A stretch of 64,000 bases of DNA from a virus: IMG/VR virus record IMGVR_UViG_3300030000_000007, positions 5,432 through 69,431 of that record; one strand, given 5' to 3'. Each line of letters opens with the position of its first letter. The first letter of the stretch is position 1. Below, piece by piece: positions 38,273-46,426 of the stretch. A program made the position numbers and the translations under genes. A model generated the notes under the pieces. That model had not been told where the DNA came from. It did not search any database and worked only from the letters and a program-made list of their open reading frames with translations.

Positions 38273-38329
38273 AAAGAACAAAAAGCATATTGGAATAATA
38301 CAGCCGATAACCCAATATAACGGTTCTTT
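38273..38329 (-). ncRNA. minimal Y-like motif RNA
   Basis: AAAGAAC-CG..GGGTTATC..CCAAT..TTTTTG-TTCTTT. Confidence 0.55.
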
Positions 38330-38339
38330 TTAAATTTTG

Positions 38340-38454
38340 TGGTGCTCCGACCCGGACTCGAACCGGGAAGCTTGCGCGGAAGATTTTTTTGAACACCCGC
38401 ATTAGCAGATGTTCCGTAAAAGTCTTCTGGGTTTACCAATTTCCCCACCGGAGC
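38340..38454 (-). tRNA. tRNA-Leu with an about 30-nt hairpin insertion in the anticodon loop
   Basis: GAAGA-CT[..GAACATCTGC-TAAT-GCGGGTGTTC..]AA-TCTTC; Leu-type body; ACCA. Confidence 0.75.
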
Positions 38455-38628
38455 ATTATCTTATATAAATTCACATAATAAACTTATATAAAATTATTTG
38501 TTATATTTATTATAACACATAAAGTTATCATATCAGAATTATTATTAGGCTTCCATCACCTAATGCGTTACTTAAGGTTTTATTTAAACAGGATGTACTT
38601 CACCTTTAAACCTGGAATGGATTATGCC

Positions 38629-38718
38629 TGGCGCAGTGTGGTGGATTCGAACCACCGATAGAGACCAACTTCTTGAAGGTTGGAAGAGCAAAACCTCAGC
38701 ACATTATACTTACACCGC
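38629..38718 (-). tRNA. irregular tRNA-like RNA, anticodon ambiguous (TCA or CAA)
   Basis: GCGGTGT/ACACTGC-GCCA; CCAAC-CTTCAAGAA-GTTGG. Confidence 0.5.
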
Positions 38719-39235
38719 AAAACTTTTATGTAGCAGGCTGCACACATTATCATTAAGATGCGCTTCGATATTTATCAACAGTTAAACTGTCCGCATCGCC
38801 GTTTACCTAGCTAATTGTTCTGTACTATTACGCACTGACTAACCACTGTTTCACTAGACTACAAAATTCATCACTTTGAAAACAGAGCAATACAAGTTAT
38901 CACAAGTAAGATCACCAAAAAGATAAAAATAACTGGGTTACAAGGTTGAGTTTTTTCATCTCGCTTTTTAAGCCAACCAGCATCTTCGAATGACATATCA
39001 AAACTCCTAGTTAAAAAATTCTTGCGCCCAAGTTTTCCACTCCTGGACGACTTTAGTAACCGCGGCTACACTTTTCACCCTCATTGACGTAAAGTAGTAT
39101 CTCGAAATGTTGTTAACCTCAAACATATAAACGGCTTCATGTAGGACAGTCAGCACAACCCACTAATTTTTAAGTGCTTCAGCATTCACTCCACATTCTA
39201 CTGTCGTGGCAGACCTGATTACAGGCTTTGGAAAC

Positions 39236-39414
39236 TGGCACCGTGAGAAGGAATTGAACCTCCATAATCTTCTTTAGATCGAAGTGCTTTTTAATTCAAA
39301 AACAACAAACTTAGTTTGCTGGGGTAGCTAATCCCACCTACTTTAAATCCGTACGATTGAGAATTGACAATCATTATTACGTAATTTGATTATCACCCAT
39401 TAAGCTATCACAGT
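39236..39414 (-). tRNA. tRNA-like RNA with an about 100-nt D-loop insertion
   Basis: ACTGTGA/TCACGGT-GCCA; GCTT..AAGC D stem split by the insert; 8-nt loop GATCTAAA. Confidence 0.6.
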
Positions 39415-39563
39415 ATAATCTTTTCGGAATGTAATTAGAAGTAAGGCTCAACTTTAACCTTCCACAGTGTCACGGTTACTACCCATTGTGACCCAGACTT
39501 AAGCAACAGTAGTTGAGCTTCTGTTACACACTTCTGATAACTGCTTGAATTACATACCAAATT

Positions 39564-39782
39564 TGGTGGGACATCCAGGGTTTGAACCTGTATCTTTTAT
39601 ATGTCTTTCGTACGTTCGGATTCCTGTTTAACCGAGGTGATACTTCTCTCGGATTTCGCTACACACGGTATCAATCGTGATGTGCTACTGCCCTATGCTC
39701 CGTACGGGTGTCATATAAACGGTTTTAGCCATCACAAACGATTCTTTCCTAAAGTTTGCAAATTCGTTTAACCTAAAGCCCC
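39564..39782 (-). ncRNA. about 220-nt RNA with tRNA-like acceptor, T arm and CCA (tmRNA-like ends)
   Basis: 5' GGGGCTT..CAGGTTCAAACCCTGGATGTCCC-ACCA 3'. Confidence 0.5.
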
Positions 39783-39922
39783 AAAAATCTTAGAGAGTAA
39801 GAGTACACGAGCATTACTGCTTTCGCTCTCTCAATACCATTTTATTTTTACCCTTAGTTCATCAATTGGGATTTTAATTGACTACACCTATGCAATTAGC
39901 TTCCGATAAGGTTGACCGTTTT

Positions 39923-39999
39923 TGGTGGGTATAGAGAGACTCGAACTCTCAGGATTTAGATTCTGAATCTAACGCGTCTACCGATTGCGCCATATACCC
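39923..39999 (-). tRNA. tRNA-Leu (CAG), short variable arm
   Basis: TTAGA-TTCAGAA-TCTAA; ACCA. Confidence 0.8.
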
Positions 40000-40107
40000 A
40001 TAACTGAATGGAACATACTTATCCTAAATAGAATTAACCTTTCGGCACAGTCCATCTTCGGCACACATTATATTCCCGAAAGTGTCTCAGTCTGTAATCT
40101 TTCGTTT

Positions 40108-40657
40108 ATCATTTTAAACAAATCTTCGCATTAGGACAAATTATGCTACTCTTACCCAGGGCTAGAATCGAACTAGCATTTAAGATCGGTTTAAAATGAT
40201 TCCCAATATCGTCACTAGGTATTGTCTTGGGTAATCATTTTAAAACATCTTAGGGAGTTGAACCCTCTCACGTATCTATGAATATATGCCACCTTGACAC
40301 CAAGAAGACTCTTGGCTAACCGAATCGAACGGCTTTAACCCTACGTTACGCTGCTACCACAACCCCTAGTCTTAGGGTTAAGATGTTTAAAAATGATTCC
40401 TAATATTGTCACCCGTTATTGTCTGTGCTTAGTTACCATAAAGGTTGATCACATCATATCGTCACGGACTATCTTTTCAGGGTTATCATTTTAAAATTCA
40501 CAAATCCTCTAGGACCAGCGTACCGTCTGTGTTAAACATAATCTAACCAGTATGTGAATTTTAAAATGAATTCTAATGTTATCATTTTAAAACATGCTTA
40601 CAAAGTCTTTCTCTTTGCTGGTCTCGACATCCCTGTGAAGTATGTTTTAAAATGATA
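40108..40657. repeat. array of four ATCATTTTAAA...TTTAAAATGAT stem-bracketed cassettes
   Basis: Units at 40108-40200, 40233-40398, 40485-40569, 40580-40657. Confidence 0.8.
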
Positions 40658-40852
40658 CCTTACACTGTGCCGAACCGGCAACCAGGAATCTCACGATTGA
40701 GGATAAACAATATCATCAATGTAAGGATCTAAACAGTATTAAGTTTTTCACTACTTGATATGGTAAGTGTTGTTTTACATGAACCAGACGAACTGGATAA
40801 CTTTCTTTTCCAAGAATTTCGCGGAATTTACGAAATACCGTTTTAGTTTAAC

Positions 40853-40940
40853 TTCTAAATTTTTAAGGAACTTACCAAATCAACTCGATCGTTAATTTGT
40901 TTGATAAGTAATTATACACTACTTTCTTCACATTGTACAT
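40853..40940 (-). promoter_or_regulatory. promoter plus boxB-like hairpin plus boxA-like leader (copy 2)
   Basis: 46-bp identity 40875-40920 = 46320-46365; followed by GTTCCTTAAAAATTTAG. Confidence 0.65.
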
Positions 40941-40957
40941 AAAATGTGAAAATATAT

Positions 40958-41144
40958 TTGGTACGACAGGATGGATTCGAACCACCGACCTATCAGTTAG
41001 AAACTGATTGCTCTCCCAAATTGATTATCTCTTAGCATTCAATCAGTCGCGTTCTGATCTATTTCTAATTCTTCATCGTTCTAGCCAGCAACTATTGATG
41101 TTGTTCCTACATCTCATGTGTGCTATCCACTGAGCTACTGCCGC
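40958..41144 (-). tRNA. tRNA-Arg (TCT) with an about 110-nt D-loop insertion
   Basis: GCTCAGTGGATAG[insert]AGAGC; ATCAG-TTTCTAA-CTGAT; canonical T arm; ACCA. Confidence 0.7.
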
Positions 41145-41155
41145 AAAAATCTAAC

Positions 41156-41335
41156 TGGCGCAGTGGGCAGGAATCGAACCTTGGCCTAATGTTTTCCATT
41201 GTTTCCTCCATAACCTCTTCCTAGGGCGGCTATCTTGTACGCAACTTCCGACATTATTTCGGACTTAACGCGCATGATCCTTTTGCGTAACCTACGTGAC
41301 CGAGACGAAGCCTCAATCCAGATCAATGACACTGC
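41156..41335 (-). ncRNA. 180-nt RNA with acceptor stem, T arm and GCCA
   Basis: GCAGTG/CACTGC-GCCA; AGGTTCGATTCCT. Confidence 0.5.
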
Positions 41336-41535
41336 ATAAACTAAAATCTTTGGTGCTGGTACAAATATCCAGCTTTCTCTCACTTTTTCTCTATTAAGTC
41401 GTTCGCTCCAGACCCAGGATTACCAACCTTTTGTGCGGAGAAGGTTTCTTGCTTACGTTGGCACTTATCGCTCAGAGAGATACAACCGGGGACGAACCCT
41501 AGTTAGTATGTTGGTGCATACATTTACCAAATAAC

Positions 41536-41661
41536 TGGTGTGTGAGGTAGGTCTCGAAGCCTACAATAGTACCATACTCTCAGTCGCTAAACTGATACTA
41601 GGATTTGAACCTAGATAACCTGGGTCCTGCCCAGGAGCGTCTACCGTTTCGCCACTCACAC
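41536..41661 (-). tRNA. Leu-type tRNA-like RNA with an extra T arm in the variable region
   Basis: GTGTGAG/CTCACAC-ACCA; CTAGGTTCAAATCCTAG plus GTAGGCTTCGAGACCTAC. Confidence 0.6.
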
Positions 41662-41749
41662 ATATAAAATAACACATTATTAAAAGCGTTCCAGCTTTAT
41701 CTGTCCGTCTAGCACTTGCACGAGCAGCGGTGCTTGCCATTCTGATGTG

Positions 41750-41965
41750 TCAAAATTGTTTAACTATAAAACTATCAGGAACTGTCAATAAATCATCTTC
41801 ACTTTCGAGATAATTTGCTTGAAAATGATTTCCACATTTTGTACATTTTTGTGCAAGAATACCAGGTAGACCTGTTGTGATTCGTTCAGTTTTGGTTACT
41901 TCACCACATACTGGACACCAATCATTTTCAAACATTCCAAAAGTCATTTTCCTAGTTATTTGCAT
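41750..41965 (-). CDS. small zinc-ribbon protein
   Basis: CPVC..CTKC; GGAGG SD. Confidence 0.7.
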   Translation of the reverse strand: MQITRKMTFGMFENDWCPVCGEVTKTERITTGLPGILAQKCTKCGNHFQANYLESEDDLLTVPDSFIVKQF

Positions 41966-42107
41966 TTAAACCTCCAAAATAAAATTTACATGGGCAAGAT
42001 TACGAGGAGTGGACCCTGCCCTTATAGTCGTCGTTCAAGCATTTTATCTCCACAACAACGCAAGACCCTTAGGCAACTATCGAGGCTCCCATGTAAAATT
42101 AACTTCT

Positions 42108-42601
42108 AATCATTTCAAAATGTGCGGCTCGATAGACACCGTTGTCCGTGTCTTAATCTTCCCATTGAGTGTTCACGCCCGATTTGAGCAGCCCAGAGTG
42201 ATCAACCTCTGTATAAACCTTCCAGTAACCGAGGGCATACGGCCAATACAACTAAAGCAGCACATTTTGAAATGATTGGTCAACCCTCCGTGTCTTTCGT
42301 TGCAACATACTTGACACAGCCTTTGAGAAACGTATTGAATAGTCATCAATGTATATCTCATCTTACCGTTGGTTATCTTAGTCTACTTTAAATCCTTATC
42401 GAAGGGATTATTTTTCAACTGCGACCATCATTTAAATCTCACTGGCTATCTTCGGGTCCTTGTACTTCGGCGTCCTTGCAAATAGCGGCTTACCCGTCAG
42501 TGAAATCATTTTAAAGTCGTTTAACATTCTCTCTTTGGCAAACATCGGTCAAGATATTCTAAGAATGGCTCTTTGCTCACATAAACAACTTTAAAATGAT
42601 T
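42108..42601. repeat. two further stem-bracketed cassettes
   Basis: 42108-42277 (AATCATTTCAAAATGTGC/GCACATTTTGAAATGATT) and 42504-42601. Confidence 0.75.
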
Positions 42602-42753
42602 GCGGCATATCGGTCGTTCCGCTGAGTATTAAAGATTGACTTTCATCAACCAGTTGTCCCCTGCCTTATGTTATTTCCCCGCTAAAGGAGTAACAGTCCG
42701 GATGACAACTCTCATGTACCAGGCTCGGTGTCCCAATACATTATAACCATTTT

Positions 42754-42979
42754 ATGGTTGGCTTGCTATTACGCTAAAAGGAATCTCGGCCTTACCAGTT
42801 ACGGGGTACCTTGATACTTTACCAAGTGGCTCACACGAGATTCACATACTAACCTGCCCACATGGCTGGGGTTCTGCTTTCAGTAACCTATAGATGCCCT
42901 TCAGATTACTTACAAACTCAATGTGCTATTGTCCTACTTATTAAGAGAATGGCTGCTTTTAAGCCTACTCACCTACCAT
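42754..42979 (-). ncRNA. RNA resembling the 23S rRNA GTPase-associated centre (H43/H44)
   Basis: GTAGGCTTAAAAGCAGCCAT (42949-42968) and GCGTAATAGC (42765-42774), closed by ATGGTAGG/CCAACCAT. Confidence 0.65.
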
Positions 42980-43067
42980 TGTTAAGTCGTTTAGTCGGGC
43001 TCTTCAATCTCGACGATACGGATATTTGCCATTCGGGGCTCACGTATACTAAACAACTTAAAAATGC

Positions 43068-43147
43068 GACCTCCGTGTAGGATGGACTCGAACCATCATC
43101 ACCACCCGACAAGGGTGGTGTCTTACCATTAGACCACTACTGAGGTC
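43068..43147 (-). ncRNA. tRNA-like RNA with extended acceptor stem, no CCA
   Basis: GACCTC/GAGGTC; D arm GTCT..AGAC; CCACC-CTTGTCG-GGTGG; T arm. Confidence 0.55.
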
Positions 43148-43183
43148 AACGGGTCATGACTCCCGTTCAATTCTGAAAGTTAA

Positions 43184-43714
43184 TTACTCTTTCAATATTG
43201 TACAATTTAGATGGTATCTAGTAAAGTTACCCTTACCTCTACCTTCTTTACCACAATTGGTACATTTCCAATACATTTTTGATGGAGCGTCATCTCCTTG
43301 AAAATTATGTGTACCATTAGTTATTCTATTATGTGTTAGGTTTGACTCACCAATAAAGTGATGAGTTCCTTTAGCTACACGAATGTTATTGTATGCTGTT
43401 TGCAATTCACTGCTTTGAAAATTGTGGGTTCCCATTGCTATTCGATGTGCATTAATTATTTTCCCATTTTTACTTGCAATTTTTCTTTTTTCTTCTGGTG
43501 AAATTTGCATTCTTTCAGACATTATTAAACATGCAGCCCAATCACATTGATTTAAATGGATCATAAAATGATCTTCAATGGGTATACATTGTAAATTTGA
43601 AATATCATTATTGTTGTGGTTTCCATCTTTATGATGTATCTCATATGATCTGCCACTTTTATCTTTTGGTATTGGACCGTATGCATCTGTATAAATTTTT
43701 CTATAACTAGCCAT
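43184..43714 (-). mobile_element. HNH homing endonuclease
   Basis: YEIHHKDGNHNNNDISNL..H..H; GTHNF repeats; late promoter. Confidence 0.8.
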
Positions 43715-43991
43715 GCTTGCATTCCTATAAACATTAAAATAGTCGATCGACTATATCTGTATTTATAGTGTTTAATGGTTAATTACTCCAACCGATTCCA
43801 TTTTAAAGCACACTACATTGCGTCTCTTCCCAGGGCTAACTGCCCGATGGGTTCGGAACCTAACCGAATATTGTGCTTTGAAATAGACACAGTGTAGGCT
43901 TCATCTACTCTAGCCGCTGTCAGTCATCGGCATCCCAGTTTCCGCTGGTTCGTTTATGCAGGGTCCAGGTTGCTTAGGACTTAGTTTACTC

Positions 43992-44091
43992 TGGTGTAGA
44001 AATTGGGATTCGAACCCAACTAATCCGGCATTTTTACAATGGGTGATATCACTTCCCACCGCTGTATGCCCATCGGATAATTACTTCCTAC
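43992..44091 (-). ncRNA. tRNA-like RNA lacking a D arm, CCA-ended
   Basis: GTAGGAA/TTTCTAC-ACCA; TTGGGTTCGAATCCCAA. Confidence 0.5.
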
Positions 44092-44134
44092 TCACATACA
44101 GGCTCGAACTTGTCCCTAGACTAACCACTTATTC

Positions 44135-44209
44135 TGGTGCGGGTGGCGGGAATCAAACCCGCTCGTACTGGGTGGAAGCCAGTCATGCGATCATTAACAT
44201 CTCACACGC
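44135..44209 (-). tRNA. tRNA-Gly (TCC), divergent
   Basis: ACTGG-CTTCCAC-CCAGT; ACCA. Confidence 0.7.
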
Positions 44210-44566
44210 TTAAATTCTTCCATGATTTTCTCAAGCACCCGGATTATATTCAATTAATTCTATCCAACATGGAGTGTGCTATACATATTAATTTATACCC
44301 CTTAAACTTTTTCCGAATTTAAGAGGATTTTAAGAAATAAATTTCTCTTCTGTTTCCTTTTGGTGGATTCCAGCCCTTAAGTTTTTAATAATCACTAAAC
44401 TTAGTTAAACGAGAGCCTTGAAATAAATCTTATTACGACGTCTTTATAGATGACTGTTACCTAGGCTATAGTCGGGTATTAGGTGTGTTCTCACCGTTAC
44501 TGTTTCATTTGTAACTTCGTCATGATTCACATGATTTGTTGGAATTCACCAACATTGGAAAAAAAC

Positions 44567-44652
44567 TGGTGGATGCGGTTGGAGTCGAACCAACAATGCC
44601 GTGAGGCGGAGGATTTACAATCCTCTGGGGTTACCAATTTTCCTACACATCC
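44567..44652 (-). tRNA. tRNA-Tyr (GTA)
   Basis: GAGGA-TTGTAAA-TCCTC, long variable arm, ACCA. Confidence 0.9.
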
Positions 44653-44734
44653 AAAATTTAACGAAGCGGATTCTCACCTACTACGATCTGTACATTTAAG
44701 TACCTTCATGTTTCACCCAACATGTAAGACTGAC

Positions 44735-45400
44735 TCATCTTTTTATCCCTCTAACCCAATCATCATTCAGATAGTGATTTAATTTTTCTAGAGGAATTCT
44801 TTTAACTTCTCCAAGCTTGGATATCCAAGCAAGTTTTTTACCAAACATAGGATTTTTATCCCCATTTCTATCAACAGCATTCTGACTAATTTTCATCTGT
44901 ATCAATGTGCTGTCTGAGTGTTTGTGATCTTTTCTCCATGGATTAATAGCATTTTTAAATACATACATTTTGCCTTCAAGATGCATCTGTTGTGCTCGTT
45001 CACTTAAAAGCTTAGTGTGTTTAGCCTTATATTCAGGATTTTTTCGTTTCTGTTTCAATGATTGAATTGCTGCTTCAGCACATTTCTTTTGATGCTCTTC
45101 ATTTTTGAAGCCACCACCTCCACCTGGAGCAATGTTCATACATTTAGTATCTGCTCTCATTTCGTCAGTGATAAGTAATTTTTCTTTATCCTTTGATGCT
45201 TGACGTGTGTCAAAGAACTCTAAAATCTCTTTAGAGTGTTTTTCTTTACCATGTCTATTCAAAGACTTCCAAAGATAAGTACCACTCCCAAAATATCCAT
45301 CCTCTAAATTATCAGTAGAATGAATACCAAAATAATACTTCCCATCAAATCTTGTAATTTTATACAAGTAATGGAATTTTCGTTGATCTGCTCTTTGCAT
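44735..45400 (-). mobile_element. GIY-YIG (Seg-like) homing endonuclease
   Basis: YLYKITR..YYFGIHST..YFGSG; NPMFGKK; late promoter. Confidence 0.85.
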
Positions 45401-45439
45401 AATAATCTCCTTTGAGATTATTTATAGCAAATCTAATCC

Positions 45440-45524
45440 TGGTGAGGGCAGATGGTAACGATCCATCAGAGCTTAAAGCGCCGGGGTTACAGTCCGGACC
45501 GTCTCCTTAACGGTATATACCCCC
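45440..45524 (-). tRNA. tRNA-Tyr (GTA), irregular T loop
   Basis: CCGGA-CTGTAAC-CCCGG; ACCA. Confidence 0.7.
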
Positions 45525-45593
45525 TAAATTCGATTAACATAAAAACCTAAACGGTAACTTAGTTAAAGTTTACAAAAGCTGTAAAGTTATTAC

Positions 45594-45677
45594 TGGTGGA
45601 AACGGTTGGATTCGAACCAACGTGCGATTAAGAACGGTTTTACAGACCGTCGGTTTCAGCCACTCACCCACATTTCC
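45594..45677 (-). tRNA. tRNA-Tyr (GTA)
   Basis: ACGGT-CTGTAAA-ACCGT; ACCA. Confidence 0.9.
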
Positions 45678-45771
45678 ATATTTAATCTTCCTACCCAAAC
45701 AGAATTAGTCGCTGAGGGAAGCAACGCATTCGAACTGCTCTGTTTTGTGCCTCAAGTAAGGAGATTGAATA

Positions 45772-45846
45772 TGGTGCCTAGTCACGGTTTCGAACCGCGG
45801 ACCCATTCCTTGTAAGGGAATTGCTCTACCCCTGAGCTAACCAGGC
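45772..45846 (-). tRNA. tRNA-Val (TAC)
   Basis: ATTCC-CTTACAA-GGAAT; ACCA. Confidence 0.9.
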
Positions 45847-46300
45847 AAAAGTCGTGCAATTTATTTCAAATATCTGGAATACTGAAGTGGTTTTTGACTC
45901 CACTTGGTTCTAACAAATATCCAATTAGCTGCACGGCTAATTGAAACTTCTAAATTTTTAAAGAACTAATTTGTTTGACTCTATCGGCCCTCTTTGCTCC
46001 GGTTTCCCAGCTACATCTTCCCTACTTTCGTAGTTACTCCGATTATGTTCCCAATCCCTAACTTCCGCTTTGAGCTCTAAGGGAACATTTTGTCAAACAA
46101 TTTTGATTGTGTCTTGAACTTTGCTGATTTCATGCCCATATTTCACTTTCGCTCCATGGAACCCAGAGATTCCACTTCAACGCTCTGGACTATCCTACGA
46201 ATCCACCAACTTTTCTAATACTTCATGACCCATATAGTAACATGTCTTTTGTCCCGAGGACTAAGGCACAAACGTAATCATTTTTCTCAGTAAGATCATT

Positions 46301-46385
46301 AACAATTTTAAAGAACCTTCCAAATCAACTCGATCGTTAATTTGTTTGATAAGTAATTATACACTGCTTTTTGTGCTTTGTACAT
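46301..46385 (-). promoter_or_regulatory. promoter plus boxB-like hairpin plus boxA-like leader (copy 1)
   Basis: TGTACA..TGTATAAT; CAAATTAAC-GATCGA-GTTGATTTG; GTTCTTTAAAATT. Confidence 0.65.
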
Positions 46386-46426
46386 CATTTTTGAAAATAA
46401 ACTAAAACTAATTTGCTTTCAAAAAC

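Noticed and set aside
38629-38718. tRNA-Sec or opal suppressor
   Set aside because: The 9-nt loop can be read TCA or CAA, and there is no long variable arm or 8/5 fold.
39564-39782. Canonical tmRNA (ssrA)
   Set aside because: About 220 nt, no G3:U70, and no typical tag ending in AA; kept only as a tRNA-like RNA.
40108-40657. CRISPR array
   Set aside because: Repeats alternate in orientation, intervening lengths vary widely and are self-structured, and no cas genes are present.
42754-42979. True rRNA gene or host contamination
   Set aside because: Only two short motifs match; the flanks are phage tRNA-region sequence with no continuous rRNA similarity.
30335-46000. Short ORF-track calls overlapping tRNAs (e.g. 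31718, 37750, 38178, 41186, 42862, 43956, 45606)
   Set aside because: Incidental frames across RNA genes, without SD or recognisable motifs.
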